Below, in pieces: positions 38,371-48,245 of a stretch of DNA of 64,000 bases. Origin of the DNA: an uncultured delta proteobacterium (GTDB lineage: Bacteria; Desulfobacterota; RBG-13-43-22); NCBI GenBank assembly GCA_963711835.1, contig CAVQFQ010000008.1, positions 32,001 through 96,000 of the forward strand, in the 5' to 3' direction. The position numbers and the translations under genes are program-made. Below the pieces are notes generated by a model, which searched no databases, had not been told where the DNA came from, and worked only from the letters and a program-made list of their open reading frames with translations. How positions within the stretch are numbered: the first letter of the stretch is position 1; every line of letters begins with the position of its first letter.

Positions 38371-39018
38371 TTGATTATGTTGGTAAAAGATAGAATGTCT
38401 GTTGATGTCCCCACCTTGAGCCCCGACAACACCTTATTGAAAGCCATGAATCTGGTTCAGCAAAAAGGCATTCGCTACCTGCCGGTAGTGGATGGGAAAA
38501 AGGTGGTCGGGATGGTCACCGAGTATGACGTCCGAAAGGCTGGTTCCTCCGACGCCAGCTCCCTCTCTATTTACGAGCTAAATTACCTCCTGGATAAGGT
38601 CAAGGTCTCCAAGTTTATGACCAAGAAGGTCATTACCGTCTTACCCCAGGAACCCATTGAGGTGGCCGCCAAGAAAATATACGATCATAAAATCGGGGCC
38701 TTGCCGGTGGTGGAAAAAAATGAACTGGTCGGCCTCATCACCAGTGCCGACATATTGGAAACCTTTATCGAGGTCCTGGGGATCAACGAACCCAGCATCC
38801 GTCTTGAACTGGAGCTGGAAAACCGGACCGGGTCCCTGGCTGATGCGGCCAAGATCCTGAAGGATCTGGGCTTATATCTGGTCAGCGTAATCACCTTGCC
38901 GCGTCAGGAAGGCAAGAAAACCCGGACCACTGTTTTCCGAGTTCAACCGACCGATGAAAAGAAGTTGAAGGACCATCTCCGTTCAGTGGGCTCCCCGATT
39001 GTTTCGGTCCTGGGATAA
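38371..39018 (+). CDS. CBS-pair plus ACT domain protein (AcuB-like)
   Basis: IRYLPVVD, ASSLSIYELNYLL, IGALPVV, ENRTGSLA. Confidence 0.88.
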   Translation: MIMLVKDRMSVDVPTLSPDNTLLKAMNLVQQKGIRYLPVVDGKKVVGMVTEYDVRKAGSSDASSLSIYELNYLLDKVKVSKFMTKKVITVLPQEPIEVAAKKIYDHKIGALPVVEKNELVGLITSADILETFIEVLGINEPSIRLELELENRTGSLADAAKILKDLGLYLVSVITLPRQEGKKTRTTVFRVQPTDEKKLKDHLRSVGSPIVSVLG

Positions 39019-39073
39019 CCCCGGACATCCCGATCCCGGAGCAAACCCGGTTTACGAACTTCCTAAATTTCCC

Positions 39074-39931
39074 TTATTTGGTCAGGCCCCGGCTGATTCG
39101 ATCTTCAAGAAGAGGGATGATCTTGGGGGAGAGGAGCAAGGTCTTAATTTTTTCCAAACGGGAAAAGGCAATTTCCCTGGGCATGATTTGATCCTGGAGG
39201 CCTTGGGCGATGGAAATCCTTTGCAGTTGAAAGGCCTTCGGATCCAGACGGCGAACGGCGTTAAAAGTCTTGCGAATCTTGGCCCGGATTTCCAGGTCCT
39301 GATCCGGATTATAGTTGGGATTGTGAGCCCTTACCCTTTCCATAATCCGCGCCAGCAATTTTTTGGCCAGGCCTTCAACCCTTGAAGCCGGTGCTTTGTG
39401 AACGGCTTCAAGAATCCTGGCCAGACCCTGAACGGCCTCGGTCTGACTCCTCCCCTCTTCCTTTGCTATCCGAGAAATACCAGAGGAATAGCCGTCCAGT
39501 GCGATAAGCTGGGGTTCCTGCAATAGGTTTTCAATCCGCCGGGCCAGGACCTCCAATTGGAGATTCGTTTCCCGAATAACCTCTTGGGATTTGGTTTTTA
39601 ATTCATTCAATCTTTTTGCCCGACGGCCCTCTAATTGGGTTTCCCCATCCTCACCCTCCCGGGGGATGGTTTCCATGGCCTCCAAGGCCTCCAGTTGAAA
39701 TTCCCCGATCCTGATCCGGGCGCGGCGTCGAAGGGCTTCGGCCTCTTGAGCGGCTTCAATAATCAATTCGGCCTGCCTTTTTTCCAGATCCAGGGTAGGC
39801 AGCAGATGAAGGATCCGGGTTTCTTCTTTTAGGGTTTGTATCCGGGAAAGATCCTGGTCAAGGCCCAAGATGGGAAGAGGCTGACAGAAAAAAAACAGTA
39901 TAAAAAACACCTGGAAAACATTTCTTCGCAC
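39074..39931 (-). CDS. Exported helical hypothetical protein
   Basis: Long ORF; probable GTG start at 39931 (RBS GGGAG) before signal-like VRRNVFQVFFILFFFC. Confidence 0.65.
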   Translation of the reverse strand: MRRNVFQVFFILFFFCQPLPILGLDQDLSRIQTLKEETRILHLLPTLDLEKRQAELIIEAAQEAEALRRRARIRIGEFQLEALEAMETIPREGEDGETQLEGRRAKRLNELKTKSQEVIRETNLQLEVLARRIENLLQEPQLIALDGYSSGISRIAKEEGRSQTEAVQGLARILEAVHKAPASRVEGLAKKLLARIMERVRAHNPNYNPDQDLEIRAKIRKTFNAVRRLDPKAFQLQRISIAQGLQDQIMPREIAFSRLEKIKTLLLSPKIIPLLEDRISRGLTK

Positions 39932-40329
39932 CGGCGCTCCCGAACCTACCTGAACAACCCTCGATGTTGCAAAAGTTTCGGAAGTTACAGATCCGAGGCG
40001 TCCAGGGCGAAGCTGTATATGCATACCGCGAGCCCTGGACAACAAAGGAAATGTGGCTTCCCAGACTTTCCCGAAGGGTAAAAATTGATCGATATTTTTT
40101 AGGATGCTAAATTTCACCTGGAGTGAATTTTGGTCTCAACTCTGAAAAGTTAGAAGATACTGTTTTAATTTATAAAAAATCTTTATCGATCAATTTTTAT
40201 ACAACATCGAGGTAATTTCTCAATTTCCGGCCTTATTGGTGAAGGACTCCCTCCATAAGACAAGGCTTGGTTTGGATGAAAGTTTAAAAATGGTTTTGGC
40301 CGATTGGATTATCCCTTCGAATTGGCCCC

Positions 40330-40366
40330 AAAGAAGAAAGGGGCAGATTGTTGACAACCTGCCCCT
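40330..40366 (-). terminator. Terminator downstream of tRNA-Leu
   Basis: AGGGGCAGGTTG-TCAA-CAATCTGCCCCT then TTCTTCTTT. Confidence 0.7.
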
Positions 40367-40377
40367 GCTCTTTAATT

Positions 40378-40464
40378 TGGTGCCGAAGAGGGGACTCGAA
40401 CCCCTACAGGCGTTCACCTACTAGACCCTGAACCTAGCGCGTCTACCAATTCCGCCACTTCGGC
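40378..40464 (-). tRNA. tRNA-Leu (CAG)
   Basis: GCCGAAG acceptor stem, anticodon arm CTAGG-TTCAGGG-TCTAG, long variable arm, GTTCGAGTCC, encoded CCA. Confidence 0.97.
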
Positions 40465-40500
40465 AGGTGCTGATTTTTATTGATTTTCAAAACAGGTAAA

Positions 40501-40529
40501 ATTATATAGTAGGGTTGTCTTTCTGTCAA
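40501..40529 (-). promoter_or_regulatory. Consensus sigma-70 promoter of tRNA-Leu
   Basis: TTGACA-17 bp-TATAAT exact match. Confidence 0.85.
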
Positions 40530-40549
40530 GAATTCTTTGGGATTTTTCC

Positions 40550-41494
40550 ATGGGTCATTACTTTACCGATATCCATCAGATCAAACATCCTCTTCGATCC
40601 CCGGTCCTGACCATCGGAAATTTTGACGGCATTCACCGGGGCCATCAAAGCCTGTTCCAGAAGGTCCAGGAACGGGCCAGGGCGATTCAAGGCACCTCGC
40701 TGGTTATCACCTTTACCCCCCACCCGGCCCGGGTCTTACGGCCCAGCAAGGCCCCCCGGCAGATCGTATCGGACGAAAACAAAGTCGCCCTGATCTTTGA
40801 GTCCGGGATTGACGCAGTTCTGGCGCTGCCTTTCTCCCGGGAATTTGCCCAGATTTCAGCCCGGGATTTTGTCCGGGATATTTTGATCGAAAAAATTCAG
40901 ATGAAGGAAATCGTGGTCGGCTATGACTACACCTTCGGACGAAAACGGGAGGGCAACATCCTTCTCTTGCAGCAATGGGGCCAGGAATTCGGCTTCAGCC
41001 TGCATATCCATCCCCCGGTGACCATCGGCAGCCATGTGGTCAGCAGCACCCGAATCCGGGAATTAATTACCTCCGGGGCCATGGAGGAAGCCGCCCTTCT
41101 CCTGGGTCGCCCCTTTTGCCTCACCGGAACCATCATTACCGGAAAGGGAATCGGGCGATCTCTGCTCGGAATCCCTACCGCCAATTTGGATCCCTTGGAA
41201 ACCCTGCTCCCCCAAAGAGGGGTCTATGTGGTCCGCCTGGTGAAAGAAAAAGGTTCCTTTTTTGGGGTCACCAATGTGGGCTTCAATCCCACCTTTGCCG
41301 GCAAACATATTTCGGTTGAGACCTACCTCTTCGATTTTGATGGAGACCTTTACGGGAAAAAGATCAAACTCTTTTTTTTAAAGCGGTTGCGCGGGGAAAA
41401 AACCTATCCCGGCCCGGAAGCCCTAAAGGCCCAGATAGACAAGGACATCGATCAGGCCAAATCCTGGTTAAAGCAAAGGGGTTATTTTTATTAA
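40550..41494 (+). CDS. ribF: Bifunctional riboflavin kinase/FAD synthetase
   Basis: IGNFDGIHRGH, VSSTRIR, GIPTAN, NVGFNPT, ETYLFDF. Confidence 0.96.
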   Translation: MGHYFTDIHQIKHPLRSPVLTIGNFDGIHRGHQSLFQKVQERARAIQGTSLVITFTPHPARVLRPSKAPRQIVSDENKVALIFESGIDAVLALPFSREFAQISARDFVRDILIEKIQMKEIVVGYDYTFGRKREGNILLLQQWGQEFGFSLHIHPPVTIGSHVVSSTRIRELITSGAMEEAALLLGRPFCLTGTIITGKGIGRSLLGIPTANLDPLETLLPQRGVYVVRLVKEKGSFFGVTNVGFNPTFAGKHISVETYLFDFDGDLYGKKIKLFFLKRLRGEKTYPGPEALKAQIDKDIDQAKSWLKQRGYFY

Positions 41495-41705
41495 AGATTT
41501 TATTTCCTATTCTCTCTTGGCTGTTTTTCTGGTATTTTTTTTCTTGACAGCTTTTGTTTCATACTATAAAGGGAAAAACCATAAAATAGGTCCTTTATAA
41601 CTATCCCACTCTGTGGCAGAGACTATTTTTGCAGCCGGCCTTTAAACCAGGCCCTGTTTCAGGACCTGGAACACGGCCGGAAGGAAGGCTTAGGAGGTCA
41701 GCCCG

Positions 41706-42089
41706 TTGTTCTCCCAGATGTTTCAAGCGGCCCTGCATGATTTTTTTTACGTGCTCCTGTTTTTGCTGGTGGCCCTTATTTTCGCCGTGATACCGATCGT
41801 CCTTTCCGTCTATGTGGCCCCCCATGTCTACGGAGAAAAACGGCGCACTACCTATGAAAGCGGTATGCCTCCGGTGGGCACGGCCTGGATCCAGTTCGGG
41901 GCCTCCTATTATCTCTTTGCCCTGATCTTTCTGGCCTTCGATGTGGATGTGCTCTACCTTTTTCCGGTGCTGATAGCTTATGAAAGGAATGGCCAGTATT
42001 TTCAACTCCTCGAACTGGCCATCTTCCTCTTTCTGATCTCCTTGACCATCGTTTATGCCTGGCGGAAGGGGGTATTTCGATGGAGGTAA
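41706..42089 (+). CDS. nuoA: Complex I subunit A
   Basis: [27 protein letters not shown]. Confidence 0.92.
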   Translation: MFSQMFQAALHDFFYVLLFLLVALIFAVIPIVLSVYVAPHVYGEKRRTTYESGMPPVGTAWIQFGASYYLFALIFLAFDVDVLYLFPVLIAYERNGQYFQLLELAIFLFLISLTIVYAWRKGVFRWR

Positions 42090-42595
42090 AAGAGACCCCG
42101 GCGATTGTCAAATTTGCCCCGGTCCAGGATATCCTTAATCTGGCCCGGGCCAGTTCTCTCTGGCCCATGACTTTCGGGATCGCCTGTTGTTCCATAGAAA
42201 TGATGGCCGCCGGCATGGCCCGTTTTGATCTGGATCGTTTTGGAATCATCTTTCGATCCACCCCCCGCCAGTCGGATGTCATGATTGTGGCCGGCACCAT
42301 TTCCCATAAATTTGTCCCGACCATCAAGACCCTTTGGGATCAAATGCCGGCCCCCAAATGGGTCATTGCCATGGGCAATTGCGCCATCTCCGGAGGCCCT
42401 TTTGCCTACGACGGGCAATATGCCATCGTCAACGGGGCGGATAAAATCGTCCCGGTGGACATCTATATCCCCGGCTGCCCCCCGCGTCCCGAGGGGCTGA
42501 TCCAGGGATTACTTCAACTACAAAAAAAGATTACCCGAGGCATGCTGGATGCTAACCGAAGGGCAGAAAAAGCAGCTCGAAGATCTAAAAAATAG
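42080..42595 (+). CDS. nuoB: Complex I subunit B
   Basis: [33 protein letters not shown]. Confidence 0.95.
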   Translation: MEVKETPAIVKFAPVQDILNLARASSLWPMTFGIACCSIEMMAAGMARFDLDRFGIIFRSTPRQSDVMIVAGTISHKFVPTIKTLWDQMPAPKWVIAMGNCAISGGPFAYDGQYAIVNGADKIVPVDIYIPGCPPRPEGLIQGLLQLQKKITRGMLDANRRAEKAARRSKK

Positions 42596-43043
42596 CCTGG
42601 GACAGGCTGTTCCCGAAGCGGAGTTGCTGGAAAGCCTCTATGGCCGGACCGGCTATCATCTGGAGGTGCGCCTTATCATGCGCGGCATGCGCCGAGTGGC
42701 CCGGGAAATGGAGGCCAGGCGTTTTTACCTCGAGACCATTACCGCGGTCGATTTTCTGGAAGCCTTTGAATTAATTTATCTTTTTGCCTGTTATGACCAA
42801 GAGCCCTTTCGAGTCATGACCCGGATCCGACTCCCCAAAGAGGCTTCGGCCTTTACCCTCTCGGCCATCTACCCGGAAGCCATCTGGTTGGAACGGGAGG
42901 TTTACGACTTTTTTGGGATCCGTTTCCTGGGGCACCCCAACCTGAAACGGATCCTCTTGCCCGACGAGGTGGATTATTTCCCTTTGTTAAAGACCTTCGG
43001 CAAAACCAGGGTCACCGAAGAAATCGACGATATCTTATGCTGA
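42549..43043 (+). CDS. nuoC: Complex I subunit C
   Basis: [26 protein letters not shown]. Confidence 0.92.
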   Translation: MLTEGQKKQLEDLKNSLGQAVPEAELLESLYGRTGYHLEVRLIMRGMRRVAREMEARRFYLETITAVDFLEAFELIYLFACYDQEPFRVMTRIRLPKEASAFTLSAIYPEAIWLEREVYDFFGIRFLGHPNLKRILLPDEVDYFPLLKTFGKTRVTEEIDDILC

Positions 43044-44164
43044 ATATCCATACCATTGACAATAAGACCCTGAACGAGCGTATTTACTACCTCAACCTGG
43101 GACCGCAGCATCCCAGCACCCACGGGGTCTTGCGCCTTTTCCTGACCCTGGACGGCGAGGTGGTTATCGAAGCCGAGCCGATTATCGGTTACTCACACCG
43201 CGGCCATGAAAAGATGGCGGAAAACAGGACCTACGAACAATTTTTACCCAATCCCCCGCGCATGGATTATCTCTCCGGCCTCCTTTTCAACCAGGGCTAC
43301 TGCATGGCGGTGGAAAAACTCTGCGGGATTCAGGTCCCTAAAAGGGCCGAATACATCCGGGTTATTACCTCGGAATTAAATCGGATCTCCAGTCATCTTT
43401 TGGGCGTCATGGCCTTTGTCATGGACCTGGGGGCCTTTACCCCCTTTCTTTACGGCTGGGACGATCGGGAAGCGGTCCTGGACCTCTTGGAACGGGTCAG
43501 CGGATCCCGTCTGACCTATTGTTATAACCGTTTCGGCGGGGTGCGCAACGACATCGACAAGGCATTTTATGACGGCACCCGCCGTTTTATCGAACGGTTG
43601 CGGGGCCGTTTCAAGGATTATTTCGATCTGATCCACGAAAATGTCATTTTTATCAACCGGACCAAAGGGGTTGGGATCATCACCCCGGATATGGCCCTGG
43701 AGTACGGGGTTACCGGTCCCTCCTTAAGGGCCGCCGGGGTCCTCTATGACCTGCGCAGGAATGAGCCTTACTCCGCTTACCCGGAATTCGATTTTGAGAT
43801 TCCGGTCCGGGAAGCCGGGGATGTCATGGCCCGCTATGAGGTTCGGATCGCCGAGATGGAGCAAAGCCTGACTATCATCGAGCAGGCCTTGGACGGACTG
43901 CCCCCGGGTCCGATTCGGGCCCGCGTTCCCCGCTTTGTCACCCCTCCGGCCGGAGACTGCTACCTGGCCATGGAAAGCGCCCGAGGGGCCGTAGGCTTCT
44001 ATATCGTCAGCGACGGAACGCGCATCCCCTACCGGATCAAGGTGCGGGCCCCCTCCTTTTCCAACTTATTCATCCTAACCAAAATTCTGCCGGGTAACTT
44101 TGTGGCCGATACCATTGCCATCCTGGGCAGTATCGATGTGGTGGTTCCGGAGATTGATCGGTGA
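43037..44164 (+). CDS. nuoD: Complex I subunit D
   Basis: [27 protein letters not shown]-terminal EIDR; no NiFe CxxC motifs. Confidence 0.95.
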   Translation: MLNIHTIDNKTLNERIYYLNLGPQHPSTHGVLRLFLTLDGEVVIEAEPIIGYSHRGHEKMAENRTYEQFLPNPPRMDYLSGLLFNQGYCMAVEKLCGIQVPKRAEYIRVITSELNRISSHLLGVMAFVMDLGAFTPFLYGWDDREAVLDLLERVSGSRLTYCYNRFGGVRNDIDKAFYDGTRRFIERLRGRFKDYFDLIHENVIFINRTKGVGIITPDMALEYGVTGPSLRAAGVLYDLRRNEPYSAYPEFDFEIPVREAGDVMARYEVRIAEMEQSLTIIEQALDGLPPGPIRARVPRFVTPPAGDCYLAMESARGAVGFYIVSDGTRIPYRIKVRAPSFSNLFILTKILPGNFVADTIAILGSIDVVVPEIDR

Positions 44165-45180
44165 GTATTTCAGAAATCGCCATAGTCTATGATACCTTGC
44201 AAGTCCTGAAGGCCGTCTACGGATTCCTGGGCTATGACGTCACCGTAGCCCTCATCGGCTTGTTGCTGATCGTGGGATTTATCCAGGTCAACGCCCTCTT
44301 TCTGATCTGGCTGGAACGCAAAGTGGCCGGCCATATCCAACTCCGCCCCGGCCCCATGGAGGTCGGGCCCCACGGCCTGCTCCAGACCCTTGCCGACGGA
44401 ATAAAATTGATGGGCAAGGAATTGATAACGCCCCAGTTGGCGGACAAACCGCTCTACTGGCTGGCTCCTATCATCATCTTAATCCCGGCCCTGGTCTGTT
44501 TCGTGGTCATCCCCTTCAGCCCCCTGCTGCAGGTGCGGGATATCAATGTGGGCATCCTGCTGATATTTTCGATTTCCAGTCTGACGGGTTTGTCCATCCT
44601 GATGGGGGGCTGGGCCTCAAACAACAAATACTCCCTGATCGGGGCGGCCCGTTCGGTGGCTCAGATCATCGCCTATGAGATCCCTCTGCTGCTGTCCACC
44701 ATGTCGGTCATCATCATGTGCAATTCCTTCAAGATGAGTGAAATCATCGCCGCCCAGTCCTCGGTCTGGTATATACTTTACCAGCCCATTGCCGCCGTCA
44801 TCTTCCTGGTCGGGGCCACCGCCGAAACCAACCGGGCTCCCTTCGATCTGGTCGAGGCCGAATCGGAACTGGTTTCCGGGTTCCATACCGAATATACCGG
44901 TATGCGTTTTGCCCTTTTTTTCCTGGCCGAATACAGCAATATGTTTATTACCGCAGCCATGGCCACGACCCTCTTTTTTGGAGGCTGGCAAGGGCCGGTT
45001 TTTCCGGGACTGATCTGGTTTATGATTAAATGTTATGCCCTGATCTTCGGGGTCATCTGGGTCCGCTGGACCTTTCCCCGGCTCCGTTTTGATCAATTGA
45101 TGAATTTCGCCTGGAAGATACTGATCCCGGTGGCCCTGCTTAATCTGATGATTACGGCCATTGTGGTCAAATTGGTCTAA
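44161..45180 (+). CDS. nuoH: Complex I subunit H
   Basis: WLERKV...[35 protein letters not shown]. Confidence 0.95.
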   Translation: MSISEIAIVYDTLQVLKAVYGFLGYDVTVALIGLLLIVGFIQVNALFLIWLERKVAGHIQLRPGPMEVGPHGLLQTLADGIKLMGKELITPQLADKPLYWLAPIIILIPALVCFVVIPFSPLLQVRDINVGILLIFSISSLTGLSILMGGWASNNKYSLIGAARSVAQIIAYEIPLLLSTMSVIIMCNSFKMSEIIAAQSSVWYILYQPIAAVIFLVGATAETNRAPFDLVEAESELVSGFHTEYTGMRFALFFLAEYSNMFITAAMATTLFFGGWQGPVFPGLIWFMIKCYALIFGVIWVRWTFPRLRFDQLMNFAWKILIPVALLNLMITAIVVKLV

Positions 45181-45184
45181 TGAT

Positions 45185-45643
45185 ATGACAGCTCCGTCCA
45201 ACCTCAAACAATACGGTCAGGAGATCCTGTTCGGATCCAAGAGCCTGGTGATCGGCATGTGGATCACTTTCAAGCGGCTTTTGCAGCGGATCGTCACCGT
45301 CCAGTACCCCCGGCAGAAACTGACCATGTTCCCGAATTTCCGGGGACATATCGAGGCCATTCGTTTTGACGACACCAAGAGCCACCATTGTGTGGCCTGC
45401 GGCCTCTGCGCCCGCATCTGCCCCTCCCATGTCATTAAGGTCCAGGGCGCCAAGACCAAGGCCAGTGATCTCAAGCGCGGCCAGAATTATTTTATCGACT
45501 TTACCAAGTGCAGTCTTTGCGGTCTCTGTGTGGATGTCTGTCCGGAAAACACCCTGCGTTTCTCCCGGGAGTATGAACTGGCCTTTTTCTCCCGCTGGGA
45601 CGGCGTCATCGATCTCATGAAGCGCTTGGAGGAATCCAAATGA
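45185..45643 (+). CDS. nuoI: Complex I subunit I
   Basis: TVQYP, CVACGLCARICP, CSLCGLCVDVCP. Confidence 0.93.
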   Translation: MTAPSNLKQYGQEILFGSKSLVIGMWITFKRLLQRIVTVQYPRQKLTMFPNFRGHIEAIRFDDTKSHHCVACGLCARICPSHVIKVQGAKTKASDLKRGQNYFIDFTKCSLCGLCVDVCPENTLRFSREYELAFFSRWDGVIDLMKRLEESK

Positions 45644-46173
45644 ACAACCTCTCGGCTACTATTTCTCCCTGGCTGCTGGCCCAAGCCGCCCTTTGGTTCA
45701 CCATCCTGATTACCTTGACCGGGTCGCTGCTGGCCGTCATCCCCAAGAATATCATCCATAATGTCATGGGCCTGGCCCTGGCCATGTTCGGTGTCACCGG
45801 GATCTATCTTTACCTGGGAAGCCAGTTCGTGGCCATGATGCAGCTCTTGATTTATGTCGGGGCCATTTGTGTCACCTATATCTTTGCCATTATGCTCTCG
45901 CCGCCTCTGCAACAGGAACTGCCCAAGAGGAGAAGGGCCAAATTTCTCTCGGCCCTGCTGGTCAGCGGCGTAACTTTTGTCGCCATGGCCCTCATGGTGG
46001 CCCGACTGCCATGGGAACCGATCCGGACCGTCTCCCGGGATTGGTCGATCAAGACCTTAGGCCAGGCCTTGCTGACCCGTTATTTTCTGGTCTTTGAATT
46101 AATTTCCTTGCTCCTGGCCATAGCCATTATCGGGGCCATCCTGATCGCCGGGCTGGACCGGGAAAGGGAGTAG
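45640..46173 (+). CDS. nuoJ: Complex I subunit J
   Basis: QLLIYVGAI, FELISLLL. Confidence 0.92.
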   Translation: MNNLSATISPWLLAQAALWFTILITLTGSLLAVIPKNIIHNVMGLALAMFGVTGIYLYLGSQFVAMMQLLIYVGAICVTYIFAIMLSPPLQQELPKRRRAKFLSALLVSGVTFVAMALMVARLPWEPIRTVSRDWSIKTLGQALLTRYFLVFELISLLLAIAIIGAILIAGLDRERE

Positions 46174-46175
46174 CC

Positions 46176-46484
46176 ATGGAAAATCTTTCGCTTTATTTAC
46201 TCCTCGGGGCCCTGATGTTCTGCATCGGCCTCTTCGGGTTGCTGCAACACAACTCCTTAATCGGCATGTTGATTGCCACGGAACTTATTTTAAACGGTGC
46301 CGGTATGAATTTTATGGCCTTCAATATGTTTTTATCCCCCGACCCGGTTCTGGGGCAGGCCTTTACGCTCTTCATCATGGGGGTCGCCGCCGCCGAGGCC
46401 GCCATTGCCTTGAGCATCATCATTGCCGTCTACCGCCGCTTTAGGGAAATCCGAGTGGACAGCGTCAGCGAACTGAAAGGATAA
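46176..46484 (+). CDS. nuoK: Complex I subunit K
   Basis: ELILNG, VAAAEAAIAL. Confidence 0.93.
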   Translation: MENLSLYLLLGALMFCIGLFGLLQHNSLIGMLIATELILNGAGMNFMAFNMFLSPDPVLGQAFTLFIMGVAAAEAAIALSIIIAVYRRFREIRVDSVSELKG

Positions 46485-46503
46485 GACCTTCGATCACCCG
46501 CTC

Positions 46504-48000
46504 ATGGAAACCATCTTCTCCATAAAACCCTTCCTAACGGTCTTAATCCCAAGCCTGGCCTCCCTGCTCATTTTGGCCACACCGAAAAAGCCGAATCTGC
46601 GGGAGGCCTGGTCGATCCTGGGGGCGGTGGCCACCTGTTTGACCGTGCTCTCCATGACCCCCCTGGTCCTGGCCGGCAAAGCTGTGGAATACACCCCGTT
46701 TGTGATTTTACCGGGGATCTCGATGAAGTTCCGGGTCGATGCCCTGGGCATCCTCTTCGGGACCATCGCTTCCTTTCTCTGGATCTTGGTTTCCTTCTAC
46801 AACATCGGTTACATGCGCTCCCTGAAGGAACATGCCCAGACCCGTTACTACTTCTGCTTTGCCGTAGCCATCGTCGGCGCCGTGGGAGTGGCCTTTTCCG
46901 GCAATCTCTTCACCCTCTATCTCTTTTATGAAATCATTACCATTTTCACCTATCCTCTGGTGGCCCATCATCAGGATGACGAGGCCTATGAGGGGGGCCG
47001 GAAGTATATGGTTTACCTGACCGGGACCGCCAAGGGCTTCTTCCTGCCGGCCATCATCCTGACCTATATCCTCTGCGGCACCCTGGACTTTGCCCCCTCG
47101 GGGATCGTCAAGGGAATTTTCCCAGCCTCGGCCGACCCGACCCTGGTCACCATAACCTATGTCCTTTATCTGGCCGGCTTTGCCAAGGCCGCCATCATGC
47201 CCTTTCACAACTGGCTGCCCTCGGCCATGGTGGCCCCTACCCCGGTTAGCGCCCTGCTCCATGCCGTGGCCGTGGTCAAGGCCGGGGTCTTCTGTACCAG
47301 CCGGGTCATGCTTTCGGTCTTCGGGGTGGAACTCCTGGACCAGTTGAATCTCGGCATCCCCACCGCCTATGCGGCCTCCTTTACTATTTTAGCGGCCTCG
47401 ATCATCGCCCTGAGCAAGGATGACCTCAAGGCCCGGCTGGCCTATTCCACGGTCAGCCAGCTTTCCTATATTATTTTGGGGGTGGCCCTGCTGACCCCCA
47501 GCGCCGTCACCGGCGGGCTGATCCATATGGCCAATCATGCCTTCTCCAAGATTACCCTCTTTATGTGCGCCGGATCCATTTATGTGGCCCTGCACACCAA
47601 AAAAATCAGCGAGATGGGGGGTATCGGCCGGAAGATGCCCTTTACCATGGGTGCCTTCGGCGTGGCCTCCCTGAGCATGATCGGGGTTCCCCTGGTCTGC
47701 GGTTTTGTGACCAAGTGGTATATCGCCCTGGGGGTGCTGGAGTCCCAGCACCATTTCTTCCTCCTGGTTTTGCTGGCCAGCACTATTTTGAATACCGGTT
47801 ATTTCATCCCGGTGGTCTTTAAAGCCTTCTTCGATCGCCCCGGCCCGGCACTGGAAAGCAGCGGGCATTCCAACCCGGAAGGTCTCCGGGAGGCCCCGGC
47901 TTTCATGGTCGTTCCCCTGGTCCTGACGGCCCTGGGCTCGATCCTGTTTGGCTTGTATCCCGATTATTTTTTGAATATCGTCAAGGCGGTTTTCCAATGA
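46504..48000 (+). CDS. Antiporter-like subunit (MrpD/NuoL-core type, no lateral-helix tail)
   Basis: LFYEII, KAAIMPFHNWLPSAMVAPTPVSALLH, LAYSTVSQL, NHAFSK, GFVTK. Confidence 0.9.
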   Translation: METIFSIKPFLTVLIPSLASLLILATPKKPNLREAWSILGAVATCLTVLSMTPLVLAGKAVEYTPFVILPGISMKFRVDALGILFGTIASFLWILVSFYNIGYMRSLKEHAQTRYYFCFAVAIVGAVGVAFSGNLFTLYLFYEIITIFTYPLVAHHQDDEAYEGGRKYMVYLTGTAKGFFLPAIILTYILCGTLDFAPSGIVKGIFPASADPTLVTITYVLYLAGFAKAAIMPFHNWLPSAMVAPTPVSALLHAVAVVKAGVFCTSRVMLSVFGVELLDQLNLGIPTAYAASFTILAASIIALSKDDLKARLAYSTVSQLSYIILGVALLTPSAVTGGLIHMANHAFSKITLFMCAGSIYVALHTKKISEMGGIGRKMPFTMGAFGVASLSMIGVPLVCGFVTKWYIALGVLESQHHFFLLVLLASTILNTGYFIPVVFKAFFDRPGPALESSGHSNPEGLREAPAFMVVPLVLTALGSILFGLYPDYFLNIVKAVFQ

Positions 48001-48245
48001 ACTGGGCCCAACCGATGGAGTTTTTACGAAATCATCTTAAGGTGCTGATCTGGATCCTCTATCTCCTCATGGGGGCGGCGGTTCTTTTCGATATTTTCAT
48101 ACCCCGCCATGAGGCCCACTTTTTTGGAGATAAGATCCCCGGCTTCTGGTCCGGCTTCGGGCTGATCGCCTGTATCCTTCTGATCCGCATCATGAAAGGC
48201 CTGGCTCACAGCCTGCTGATGAAAAAAGAGGATTACTATGGATAG
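47997..48245 (+). CDS. Small two-TM protein between antiporter subunits
   Basis: 82 aa, IPGFWSGFG...KKEDYY; overlaps both neighbours (translational coupling). Confidence 0.8.
   Translation: MNWAQPMEFLRNHLKVLIWILYLLMGAAVLFDIFIPRHEAHFFGDKIPGFWSGFGLIACILLIRIMKGLAHSLLMKKEDYYG

Noticed and set aside
39019-40464. Genomic island integrated at tRNA-Leu
   Set aside because: No integrase and no duplicate of the tRNA 3' end found by eye
43037-44164. Group 4 NiFe hydrogenase large subunit
   Set aside because: No RxCxxC or DPCxxC motifs; has the NuoD quinone-site HPSTHG and RMDY, and nuoA is present
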